64,000 bases of DNA from the NCBI GenBank assembly GCA_030704615.1, contig CM060734.1:15996001-16060000 (forward strand). The letters are read 5' to 3'. Origin of the DNA: Takakia lepidozioides (lineage: Eukaryota; Plantae; Bryophyta). Position 1 is the stretch's first letter. Each line of letters starts with the position of its first letter. Below, piece after piece: positions 37,225 through 48,949 of the stretch. The notes under the pieces were generated by a model that searched no databases, was not told the DNA's origin, and was given only the letters and a program-made list of their open reading frames with translations. The position numbers were made by a program, and so were the translations under genes.

Positions 37225-37990
37225 AGTTAAAAAGAGAGAGGGAAGATATTCATGTCATGTCAAGACATGGACAAGACCAACTAGGGTCATTGTCAATTAA
37301 AGACATAAACAGCCCCATGATAGGGCACCATCTAACATTTCCAGTCTTGTCATGACATGCCAAGTGACGCCACCCATTTAGTCATGATAAAACAGGGTGG
37401 GAGGGCGGGGTATGTTCATAATCAGATTCCTGTCATGTACCCAAGTGACCCTCTTGCACAATATAAGTCAGATTGCAGCCTCAGATTACATCATCCATAG
37501 TTATCCATAAGATATTTACCATGCAAGATATCATGGGCATATAAGAGTAACTTGCCACATTACAGATCCAAGATATCTATACACAAGTACCTTGAGGTGA
37601 TCCAAGACAAGCATTATGCAAAGTAGGTAAGAACAGTCTGCCTTACAACACATTTAGTGAGTGTTCACACCGGCAGCAGGAAGGACCAGCCTGCAATTAA
37701 TTATACTTCAGGCCTGCCACCAGGTACACTTCTTGGGCAAGGTAAGCCATATTACAGCTTCACATTTGGCCAAATGTAAGCATCCCAAAGCATGCATCGT
37801 GCAAGGCCTTCTGGGTATGTAAGAACAGTCTGTCATTGTATATATTCAGGACCTGTGCACATAGGACTCTTGCTGGCCCAGCCTGCAGTAAATCAGACTT
37901 CAAACATGCAACTAAGTGAACACTTTGGGCATGACAAGACTGACTGCGACTTCATTCTACATCATGTACAATTGCCCCAAGATATACATC
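37225..37990 (-). mobile_element. Inverted, diverged relative of the pseudo-LTR 3' end
   Basis: 37235-37405 is the reverse complement of the repeat terminus (GAAGATATTCATGTCATGTCAAGACATGGACAAGACC...CACCATCTAACATT...CAGGGTGGGAGGG). Far boundary approximate. Confidence 0.65.
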
Positions 37991-38094
37991 CTGTAAGGCG
38001 TTTTGGAATGGAAGAAAGGCTTGCCCTGTCACAACATCCAGATCTGGACACACATACACTTTGAGTGCCCAAGACCAAGTCCACTTGGCCAAGA

Positions 38095-38272
38095 TAAATC
38101 ATACCTCAAAACCTATATGGCCTTGGTACTACAACCCTAGCTGAAGCATATGCTAGAACACTGGGCACACAACTACAAGAAGCTTTAAATGACCCTGGCA
38201 AGCTTGGAAGCATTTATCAAGGACTTCTTCAATATGTCGCCTCTAAATTTGGAGGTCTAGATCACTTACATG
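38095..38272 (+). mobile_element. Small LINE RT-thumb fragment (Dualen-like)
   Basis: Translates IPQNLYGLGTTTLAEAYARTLGTQLQEALNDPGKLG, resembling the post-RT GLG..L...Y...L...LND.G.LG pattern. Confidence 0.5.
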
Positions 38273-38645
38273 TGTCAAGATATTTTTACCACTAGTGTGA
38301 AACTAGCTAGAAAATAGTTAGTTTTGATATATAACGACATTTGGGATTGATCCAAGTGTCAATCCAGGGGCCAATATATGTTTGGGCACCTGACGTGGTT
38401 ATCTTCACGGCAAATCGTGGTGGGCTCATCTTTCTCGAGTTGAGCCTCACCGCGTCTAGCTATGGCGCCGTAGTGTGGATTCCCCATGGCATGGGGTGCA
38501 CTTGGCTTGACTTAATATATGAGTATTTTTTTTCATGTGCAAGTGTGTGAGTTTGAGAGAGCTTGTGTGCTTGTATCCTTCTTCTTTATCACTCGATGAA
38601 GATCAGCTCGAGTCTGTGAGTGCCAGGTTCGAGTTGGTTATAACA
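38273..38645 (+). repeat. Putative 5' LTR
   Basis: TGTCAAGA...GTTATAACA (TGT..ACA ends) upstream of gag. No second copy in the window and no canonical tRNA PBS seen. Confidence 0.55.
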
Positions 38646-40329
38646 CTTGTGTTTTCAGATCATGAAAAGCGGTTCAGCCTAGAGTGCAGGGATCCATGAG
38701 CCTATCCAAAGCGGATAGAGTGCAAAGGCAAACAAGTTGCAGGTTTGCAATGGATAGAGAGGCGGTCAATGTTGCATAGCTCAACGTTATGGCAACCAAG
38801 TTTGGGCTTCTAGTGTGAAGCGGAGGAGATGCTGGCCACGAGTGGGCGAACTGGTGGTCGTCTTCTTCAGTTGCAGGCCGAGTTAACGAGCTGCAGGAAT
38901 GTGGGCTGCGCATGGGAAGTTAGCGTGTTGCAGGTTGGAGATGATATGATCAGCTCCAGGTATTTCTACCCGAAAACAGTTGTTGCGGATAGATGAGGAG
39001 CAGCCGAATAGTGGAGCTGCGAGGGGATGCATCGCAGCCTGTTGGGAGCTTCAGTTCCAAACTCATGAAGAGGTAGGAGTGAAGAGAGAGGGCTGGTCCA
39101 TTTTGTGTGCAAATCAGTGTACTTGTGAAGCATGTGCTTGAGTTGGAAGTTTCAACCTGAAACTCTAGCACTAGGGCTCTTGGAGTGGCAAGAGTGGGGC
39201 TAGAAGGGCAGCAGCGAGGCGCCCTAGAGCCAGGGGATATGCATGAGAAGTGTAGATGCACCAAGTTTGTAAAGGTGTGTATTTTTCAGATTCATTTTTG
39301 TGAGCTTCATGAAGAAATGGAGCTTGTTGGGCAGCATGTTGCTTGTTTGTTGAGTTTGGGGTGCCTCTGGTGGGCTGTGAGAGCCCAAGAGAGCATGACA
39401 GCAGATTTGGTGGCTTTGCAGAAGCCATAGCTCATCGGCAGCAAGTGCAGGAGCAAACCCTAGCTCGGGGAGAGCTCAGGAACGCGTGGGAACGTCCTGA
39501 GAGCGATCGAGAACGCATGGGAATTCGTGAGGGAGGCTTTAACTTGCATGAGGCGCTTGATTAAGGTAACCCAAGGGGTTACGGAGGCTCAGGCAGTCCA
39601 ATTCTAGTAGGAGATATTGGACAAGGAGCTGAGGAGAAGGGTGCGGGATGCAACTCTCCTACAAGCGGCCCAACCCACCTTAGCAAATGTGTTTTTGCTG
39701 GTAGAGCGGATAGAGCTCAACATGGTGGAGGAACGAGTGGTCATGGTGGGATTTGCTAAGGAGACACCACGGGGTAGTGGTGCTCCTAGCCAGCCACTAC
39801 CTCAACGTGCTCAAGGCAACAAGGGGGCTTAGGTGAAGCCCAGGGAAGGACAGAGAGGACCTCAGATGCAAGGGTCTCTCCCTTCATTTGCAGGCCAACA
39901 ACGGGCTGATGTGATGTGCTGGACATGTGGAGGACCCCATGTCAAGAAGGATTGCCCAGAGGGAGGCAATGGGTTGGCACAGGCACAGCCTGCACAGTTG
40001 CAGTGTGGGCATTGTGGCAAGTACGGGCATGGAGAAGCCCAGTGCTATAGTTTGCATCTTGAGTTGCCCCCAGGCCAGTTTCAAGGGAACAATGGTGGCC
40101 GGGGGCGGGGTGGAGCAACCCAGAGAGGACAAGGTGGCCAGGCACGAGGTGCAGGCCAAGGGCAAGCTCAACATGGCCAAGGACGCGGAGGTCAGGGTGT
40201 TGACCAAGGCATGGCTTCAACAGCTAGAGCAGAGGCTCGCTGCCATGGCCACAGCTCAGGTGGTACTGGCTCCAAGGCCGGATGGTCCACCTCCTGCTCC
40301 TGAGGGAGGAGACATGGGAGACATGGGAT

Positions 40330-40520
40330 TCATGTGCGGGGCAGCACTACCACTAGTGAGGGGTGCCACTACCACTACCACTATGTATGGGCCACCACTA
40401 TCACTAGTGAGAGGTGCCACTATCACTACCACTATGGGTGGGGCACCACTACCACTAGTGCAGGGTAGCACTACCACTACCACTACCACTATGTGTGGGG
40501 CAACACTACCAGTAGTGCAA
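40330..40520 (+). repeat. Coding minisatellite, ~51-60-bp unit, about 3.5 copies
   Basis: Repeated ATGTG.GGG.CA.CACTACCACTAGTG...ACTACCACT, encoding MCGAALPLVRGATTTTT. Confidence 0.8.
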
Positions 40521-42122
40521 GTGGAGTCGGCTGTGGCAGTGAATCGAGGAGCATCACAAGTTCCTGAGCCACGAGGTGCAGAGATGGAGTTGGATCCAGA
40601 GCGTGGGGAGGCAAACCGTCAGGCTAGGCTTCCTCAGTCATTCACATTGGTGGAGACAGTGTCGACGCCATCCATGGCACCTAGTTCTTGCCCGACTGTT
40701 ACCGAGACGGAGGTTACTATGCCATTGGGGAGAGCTACACAGGCAGCACCACTACCTAGTGTTGCCAAGGCTACGGTAGTTAGTGTGCTGCTGGGGGCGG
40801 CCATATCTGTGTGCCAGGCTCCATTGTTCTCGGCTACCATGATTGCAACGCTGGGGGTAAGACCACCTGAGGTGTTCAAGCTGGCAGCTATACTCTGTGA
40901 GAGTGAGGAGGTTACTTCATCTTCTGCGGAGATAGTGGGAGGTGTAGCACCGGAGGGATCCTCGGATTAGAGGGTCAAGACTGCCACGGCGGTGCCATGG
41001 CAAGCTGCAGCTGCCAGGTTAGCGGAGCTGCTAGCTAGGCCAGCCATTGAGCGCGCCATGGTGATACCTAGAGTTGTCATGTTAGACAACCAGGATGACA
41101 TTTTCTGCTTGAGTGGACCGGCAGGCAAGAGATACCGGCCACTGTGAGTCTGGTTGGACTCGGGAGCTCAGCCATTGATACTGGGCAGAGCTGCTATTGC
41201 AGGCTTGGGTCTCACGGAGGCAGATTTGGAGCCGTGTCCTTTCCAGATACAGACATCTCTGGGAGGATCAGAGCAGGCTTGAGGCATGACACGGCGTGAG
41301 TTGGCTATCAGACTACAGCCGGATCATCCTACAGATGGCTTAGTGATGAGAGCCAAGGCCATTGTGACAGACGCGGTCTCGTATGATGTCCTGGTTGGTG
41401 GGGCAGTGTTGTACCCCATGGGCTTCACCTTGGATTTGTGGGAGGAGTCAGCTTCCTATAGGCCTGGATGGCAGTCAGGGGAGGGCCGGCGTGTGCAGCT
41501 CCCCGTGACGTTCATAGGAGGAGTTGCGGTTGCCCAGCGAGGCAAGGTGCCGACACTGGCAGCATTCACAGCTGCAGTGAGTTGGCCTGGAGAGTTGCTT
41601 GAGGGCAATGCTTATTCGGAGGATGTGTCACCTCCGGGAGAGCAGGATGACATGTATGATATGGCGGAGTTATCTGCCATGGTTGCTCACACTCCATTAT
41701 GGGGCACGAACAAGGATTTGCAGCAGGTTGCTAATCGACAGGTGCAACAAGCCTGGGTAGAGGCTTTTGTGCCGTCAGGAGAGGAAGAGAGTGCGGTTAT
41801 TGCACCAAGGCCAACTCAGTTGTCACCATTGGATACCACACCTATTGTGTGGCAATATCTGGATGAAGGCATTTGCCTTCTGGACTTGTTTGGCGGGATC
41901 AGCACCGGATTGGCTGCTGTGCTTCAGGCATGTGTACGAGTATGGCGTTACTTGTATGTGGAGAGGGGTGAGACTGCATGACGCGTCTCACTTCGTCATG
42001 TTACTCAGTTGGTGCAGCAGTACCCTGAGTTGTTGCCGGTGTCTGCGGTTCGTGGATATCAGCAGGTCTTGCCAGCAGACATTTCTTTGTTGGGGGCGCA
42101 GGATTTGGAGCGGGTTGGCTCC

Positions 42123-44449
42123 AGAGAGAGAGAAGACTCCAGCCGAAGCCGATGTAACTAAGAGCCACTTTACCTTGCGGCTACTGCCCTCTTTCGAAGG
42201 TGGGCCCTACAAAAAAATAGGTGTCCAGGAGGACACCAGGTAACTTGAGATTGGGGGGGGGGGGGGGGGGGGTACCATTGGTACCCCATGGTACCCTGGG
42301 GTAGCTAGGGTACTGTCATGGAACTGGATTCCAGTTGGCACTTGTTGGTAATAATGGAGGGAACGGAGCGCCGTGAGGTGGATAGCTTTGAAACATTTGT
42401 GGATAGGAGGGATAGGGATTTTGAAGTTGTCGTGTAAAGCGTTGATACTGGCGTTGTGGATGCCTCCCCTAGTTCCAGCAGTGATGACGGTGAATGGGAC
42501 CTGTATTCCAGCCCCGTCGGCGGATAACAAGTATGAGCGGGGCATATTTTTGCCGTTTACCCAAAATGGAGTCGTTGGGATAACGGTCATTACAGTATGT
42601 GAATTCAATGAAGGGGGCAAGAAGGTCAGCTTCCTCATTTCCTTGAATGCCTGTATGCGATCGAACTTTGAGGAGATAGATTGGGTGGCCTTTGGAGATA
42701 GCTAGGTTGACGATGGTTGTAATGAGGTTACGGTCTGGGTGATGATGGTGGGAGGATGGTTGGGCGATGTGATTCCGGATGAGGAAGAGTGAGTTAAGGC
42801 TGTCAGTAAAGATATAGTATGGGGGGGGGGGGGGGGGAAGCCTCTAGTAAGGACGTGCTTCGTGTATGGCCATGAGTTCTGCACGCAGTATGTTGGCAGG
42901 GCCAGGAAGTCTAAAGGCAGTGCCTTGATTGGTGGCGGCATGGTAGACACCGCACCCGACATTAGGTTTGGTAAGGGAGCCGTCAGTATAATGGGAATTA
43001 GCAGGGGGGTATCTGAGGGGGATATTTTGTCTGTAGATTGAGGGCATAAGGGGTGAAGGTATTGGCGGGGTGGCCTGGGAGGGGCGCGGTCGCGCCTCTA
43101 CCCAGGCTTTGTTTAATTTGATTGTAGGGAATGAGATTGATGTATTGGTGCCTGGGGAAGTGGTTGAGCGGTGGATAGTTGGGTGGTGGGTAGCGTCCTT
43201 CATTGTGTGCGTCCGAGTAAGTAGGTGGTTAAGTTGGTTCAGGAAGGGTAGTGGTATATCGGCTTGGGAAGAGTGTTGGACATGTAGGATTAAGGTTAGA
43301 GTTGGTTCCTTTTGTCGGAGGCATTTAGGAAGGGGAGGGGTGTGTATGTATTTGAGCTGGTTTGGTTCGATTGTGGCTAGCAGCGTGACCCCTGCAGGAA
43401 GGCTGAGAAGAGGATGAGAGTTATCAGGTGCGTTTTGTTGTGTGAGTATGAGAACGGTGAGAGCGTGTGGATGATTGGGCGGCGAAGCGGGCCCACTGTA
43501 GAGCTTCATGTGCAGGGGTGCCAGAAGGAGGGTGGGCAAGACCTCTGCCAGCCCAAGTGTGCTGAGTGGCAGTCCCAGTGGTGCCAAAGATGCAGTCCCT
43601 GTGGTGTGGACTGGCAAATGAGTGTAGGTCCAGGGGGCATGTAAGCGGGCTGGAGTAGTATGAGTGTGTGAGTTGGAAGGAATGTATAAGAAATGTGAGG
43701 ATGTCTTGGGGTATTGTGCTATGAGCGCAAGCTGTGGCTAACCTGTTAAGGGTACGCGGCTTTTTTGGGGGGGTATCTGGTAGCGTTCTACAAGCCAGCA
43801 TAATTCGGTGGCAAAGTCTTGTTTAGGGGGTTGTAGGATTAACGCATTGGTGGGTTCAGTGGAATACTTTCCCCATAGCCAAGCTAGCATGTCATTAGGG
43901 ATAAGACCAATGAAGCGGCCGTATGTAATATAGATATTGGAAAGGCAGGGTCTAATTGAGGCTCGAGTCTTTTGAATGGGGCACTGTGGCGGTAGGGTGT
44001 AATATATGGTTGAGTTTTGATGGCGGTAAGGGGGGCCAGGGCTGTAATCATGAAGCATCATACGTTGTATCCGATTTTTTGGTATGGTGCAGCTAGGTGT
44101 TTGTAATTGGCATTCAGTCTGCCTCAACCTTGTAACTAACAGGGGCCGAGGTACAGTTTGTTGTAATTGATATGTGTTTGTAGAGCATCGTGGATTTCTG
44201 AAAGTATTCATACATCAGACTGTAAATAGTTTGCATGTGTACGGTTACTAGGAGGGAATCAGTACGGTTAGTTCGTGTGTTATGCATTTTGAATATATTG
44301 CTGCATGTGGCATCAGGCCGCAGGTGCATCAATGTTGTATCTGCATACAGTAGCTGCCAATCGATGTGGATGTAGCTTTTAATAACAAATTTTGAATCTT
44401 GCATGGTGTAGCAAGGTAGTTGAGCGAGAGGGGGTATTGCATCAGTTAC
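42123..44449 (-). mobile_element. Dualen/RandI-type LINE 3' portion A: PCIF1-like domain, RNase H, internally deleted RLE end, structured 3' UTR, (CT)n tail
   Basis: RNase H HYTDGS..GCGVY..NILRAELMAI, C-terminal VITAGTRGGIH, tail at 42123-42133. Confidence 0.85.
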
Positions 44450-46822
44450 AGAGAGAGAGAGAGAGAAGACTCCGGCCGTAGCCGGCATAACTAAGAGCCA
44501 CTTCGCCTTACGGCTACTGCCCCCTTTCGGGGGTGGGCCCTATAGTAGGAAGGTGTCATGTGGGACACCAGATAATCAAGGAGAGAGAGAGGGGAGGGCT
44601 GATATGAACCCCCTGAGTTCCCAGGGGGGCCGAGGGTGCACTAGAGGGGCTAGCTTCGAGTTGGCGTTTGTTGGTGATGATGGCTGTTAGGGAACGGAGT
44701 GCTGTAAGATGGATTGCTTTGAAACATTGATGGATTGGGAGAATGGGTATTTTGAAGTTATCATGTAAATCATTGATACTGGTGTTGTGTATGCCACCTC
44801 GGGTTCCGGCAGTGATGACTGTGAGTGGGCCAGTCTTCCATCCCTGCCGACGAATTGCAAGAATGAGTGGGACGTATTTTTGTCGTTTTTCCAGGATTGA
44901 ATCGTGGGGGTATCGATCATGGCAGAATGTAAACTCGATAAAGTGGATGATGAGCTGCCAGGATGGTGAAGTAGGTGGCGAGGCTTGAACGGGTAGTCCC
45001 TGGATAATGAGTATGTCCGGACAGAGCCGGGCAGGGCATGAGCAGGGTACTCGAGTGCATGTGCATGGTAGAAGCCATGGCGGCACAGTGTGGTCTGGTG
45101 GCCTCCCTTCGAAGGTACCAGCGTTAATGAATGTGAACCATTTGGTTTCGGCGCGTTTTGTGAATAATTTGTGGAGATGCCAGACTGCTTAGTTGTGTCG
45201 GGTGATATGAAGACCATGGATGACCGGATGCGTGCACTTGCTCAGGAGGTGCGGCCAGGTATCACGTGCATTGTGAGTTGTGGAGCACAGTGGGCAATAA
45301 GGTGATGGATAGAGATGTGGCCAGAAAATGTGTTTGCGTTGGTGACCCATGTATTGGGCGTATCTGAATTTAAGTGTCTGGCGGATTTATGCATCAGTGG
45401 TAGTTTTGGTGTGCCAGAAGTGGTTTGAGAGTTTGTGGTGTAATACCTCGGATTGGGTCCATTTTTGAATATGTGCATCAGTTATACACAGAGAGCTATC
45501 CGTGTCTGACAAGAGCCGTGTGACAGTATTTGTAGGTTGTATGGGGTTTTGAGGGATACCAACGGAGGTGTTTTGTGGACATGGGTTTGGTAAGCATAAT
45601 TGATTGGTTCCTGTTCTGTTTTTTGGTTCTATGTTGGCAGAGGCTTTGTGAAATGTGACTACGTAGAGGGGGCCTTGCTTGGGGTCTTGACTCTGAACAT
45701 GGTTTAGAGGGGGACAGTGGGATGGAGTAGGCAATTTAATGATACACAGCTGGAGGTCGCGCTGTGCAATGTGTTGGGAATATAATTTATTGGCCCGACA
45801 TGAGACCTTCTTGTAATTGGAGTGAGGATCTTTTGAATGATGCATTGGGGTAAATATTTTTTGTTTGTGTGTTGTGAGTTTTAGATGTATTACTAGACGT
45901 GGGGTCCCGCCTCAGGTGTGTCAATGTTGTATCTGTAAACAATGTCTGCCAACTACATAGGCATGCAATTGTTTTTGTAGCATATGTATATGGGTTTACT
46001 GCTGTGGTGGGGGTGATGTGGGCGTAGCTTTTAACAACAAGTGTTGTATCTTGTGTGTCATAGCAGGGCACTTGCTTGGGAGGGGGTGTTGTCTCAGTTA
46101 TAGACAGAGAGCTACCTTCGTGTGGTAATAATCGCTTGACAGTATTTGTAGTCTGCTTGGGGGCCCCAGGGGTATGAACAGTGGTATTTTGTATTTGGCA
46201 TTCAGTCTGTCTTAATTGTGTAGTATATAGGTATGCGGCTATTTTTGTAGTAGATATTGGCATAGAGGATGGAGCAGTCTTTGTTGAGGTATTTGCTGTT
46301 CTGAAGGTTGTGTAAGGGGGCCAATTTGAGTATGTCGAAAGTGTGGGATTTTCTCGTGGCAGCCTGAATAGCAGTTTTGTTGCAATGAGATAGCGTGTGC
46401 AGTTTTGGTTTGGGTTGGAATTGATGTAGGGATTTTTATGCTGGGCATGATGGGTTGGTAAGGCAAGATTATATTTTCTGCGCTGTGTTAATTTTAGGTG
46501 TAATGTCTGCAGCTAGGTAGTGGTGGTTGGACTTTGGGTACTTGAAGTGTCATGTTTTTGAGATTGTGCTGGTCGATCAGTGTCATGGGAGTAGTATTGA
46601 TTACAAGAAGTGCAATGGAGTTTGTTAGTAGCCTTGTGAGATGGCTTCAAATCCTGGTCCCGTGAGTGAGAGAGTATGATGTTGTGTGTTAGTTGTTTTT
46701 GGTCAGCTATGTCGGGGGCAAATAGATCGTATAGAAATACTTTGTTGTAAAGAATTATAATCATGCTCAAGTACATGATAGTTGGAAGATAAGTAGAGCT
46801 AAAACGGTATTTTGCTTTGTTG
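44450..46822 (-). mobile_element. Dualen/RandI-type LINE 3' portion B: CCHC knuckle plus restriction-like endonuclease, 3' UTR, (CT)n tail
   Basis: CPLC..DTWPHLLSKC, HITRHN, CPDILII...HFIEFTFCHD...EKRQKY.PL..GWK...TAGTRG. Same 3' UTR as copy A. Confidence 0.88.
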
Positions 46823-47765
46823 GACAGTTTCTACCTCAGAACACATAACGAGATTCCGGACTATTTACACAGCCACATACACATTGACAGCATTACCCAG
46901 TCTCAATATCTCTCCCGCCATCTCTCATCCCCTTCCGACCCACACCGACAGCGCACACCCCGCCACCGCAATCTAGAATCCTCTCTCCACTCCCTCAACG
47001 CAACATCGCCGCTTTCCAGCCGCCTCACTCCTTATCCTGCCCTTTATCCCGGTTAGTCTCTTGGGCAGTGTACTCTACAGTGTCCAGGGTAGTCTCCTCT
47101 CTGGTCGTCTGTGCACTCCCATTGGCAGTTTTGTCAGTCTGCTGCTTGTCCTGCTCTGCCATATGGTGGTTCTGGTCTCGTACATCCTCACTGATACAAA
47201 CCTAACACAGTTCCCTGACAGAACATGGCTTGAAGCCAAAGCCGCGCTTACCTCTATTGTGCAAGAAATGACCAAAAGCGTCATCGCCACATGCTCCGCC
47301 CTTTCGGAGATACCGCAAACCACCCGCACCAAACAAAATGGGGGGCTACCTCACCAGTACAGAGAAACGTGCATGGACCTCTCACCTTAATGTCTATCAC
47401 ATGACTCAACGCGCCCTCACTATCATACCCACTTCCCTCACTTCCCACCCATGCAATAATTGGAAGTCCGACCCTCGCATTACCAGTTTAAATACCCTAA
47501 CAACCTGTCAAACACTTATGCCCCCGCCTGATGATCCATCCGCCATACCCAACTGGATTGTTGCTCTCTCCAAACTAGGAAGAGAAGTCAAGAAAGCTGC
47601 CTATCTTATTACCAAACAAAAAGCCACTGACAATCACAAAAAATTTGTCTCCTCCTTTAACCAGCTACTGCACGACCATCCTAAGAAAGCTCACAAAGCC
47701 ATCTTCAATCATGTACTTAACCCACCCATCGATTGCCTTAAGCATCAAATGGGCCACCTCCTAAC
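46823..47765 (+). mobile_element. Dualen-type LINE segment from the APE C-terminus into the linker
   Basis: SFYLRTHNEIPDYLHSHIHID...; colinear with 50634-51470. Begins at the position where the 10066-11580 piece stops. Confidence 0.82.
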
Positions 47766-47891
47766 GGGGGCTGCTATTTCATGAGCGGCATGAGCATGAG
47801 CGGCATGAGCATGAGCGGAAAAAAAAAAAGCATGAGCAGACCATTGTGAGTCCACGGAAATAGGGTTAGGAGGCACGGAAATAGGGTCATG
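47766..47891 (+). mobile_element. Terminus of a second Mutator-like element, running into the assembly gap
   Basis: GGGGGCTGCTATTTCATGAGC followed by CATGAGC repeats, matching the terminus at 51686. Interrupts the LINE. Confidence 0.65.
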
Positions 47892-48391
47892 NNNNNNNNN
47901 NNNNNNNNNNNNNNNNNNNNNNNNNNNNNNNNNNNNNNNNNNNNNNNNNNNNNNNNNNNNNNNNNNNNNNNNNNNNNNNNNNNNNNNNNNNNNNNNNNNN
48001 NNNNNNNNNNNNNNNNNNNNNNNNNNNNNNNNNNNNNNNNNNNNNNNNNNNNNNNNNNNNNNNNNNNNNNNNNNNNNNNNNNNNNNNNNNNNNNNNNNNN
48101 NNNNNNNNNNNNNNNNNNNNNNNNNNNNNNNNNNNNNNNNNNNNNNNNNNNNNNNNNNNNNNNNNNNNNNNNNNNNNNNNNNNNNNNNNNNNNNNNNNNN
48201 NNNNNNNNNNNNNNNNNNNNNNNNNNNNNNNNNNNNNNNNNNNNNNNNNNNNNNNNNNNNNNNNNNNNNNNNNNNNNNNNNNNNNNNNNNNNNNNNNNNN
48301 NNNNNNNNNNNNNNNNNNNNNNNNNNNNNNNNNNNNNNNNNNNNNNNNNNNNNNNNNNNNNNNNNNNNNNNNNNNNNNNNNNNNNNNNNNN
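47892..48391. other. Assembly gap (500 N)
   Basis: Run of n. Confidence 1.
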
Positions 48392-48949
48392 GACTTAGAT
48401 GCAGAGGAAGAGGGGATACATTGTACTGACTCTGAGTCAAACTGAACTGTATTCTTTTAATATTCATTTTCATATTATCTGGAAAACGTTGAATCCCCTT
48501 ACTCTACCGTAGTTGTTCCTTTAGAACAAATAATAATCACAGAATCAACTTTCGTTTAAATTGCTATATGTATGAATCCATCTCACAAACCTTCCTGACT
48601 CTTCTCATATCCATTGTGCATTCATCTACACTGTATTCATGCGTGCTCCATTCATGAAAGCTTCCTTTGTACAACATCCATTGTACATTCATCCTCTGTA
48701 CTCTTTAATCCACCCCACAAACCTTCCACACTCATTTCATATACTTTGTGCATTCGTCAAAAGATTTGGTCATGCATCTTCCTGTCATGAATTTTTGTCA
48801 TTGCTCAACATCCATTATACATTCATCCATTTTACTCTTATCCATCCGTCATTCATCCATCTACATAGATTTTTCAAACTCATCCATCTGTTTATCATCC
48901 AACTGTACATTCATCCATCATTTATTCAATGCCTTTTATTATGTCGTCC

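Larger units (their letters stand above)
38273..42123 (+). mobile_element. Ty3/gypsy DNMT-carrying element, 5' part (LTR, gag, protease, DNMT N-terminus); decayed
   Basis: Gag zinc knuckles CWTCGGPHVKKDC and CGHCGKYGHGEAQC, protease LDSGAQPL (~41155), DNMT motif I LDLFGGIS and motif II YVE. Ends at a LINE tail. Confidence 0.9.

Noticed and set aside
44480-44543. Hammerhead ribozyme in the LINE 3' UTR
   Set aside because: A three-way-junction shape is present, but the core reads GCAGUA/GAA rather than CUGAnGA/GAAA.
47745-48473. Long poly-X ORFs
   Set aside because: They span the N gap.
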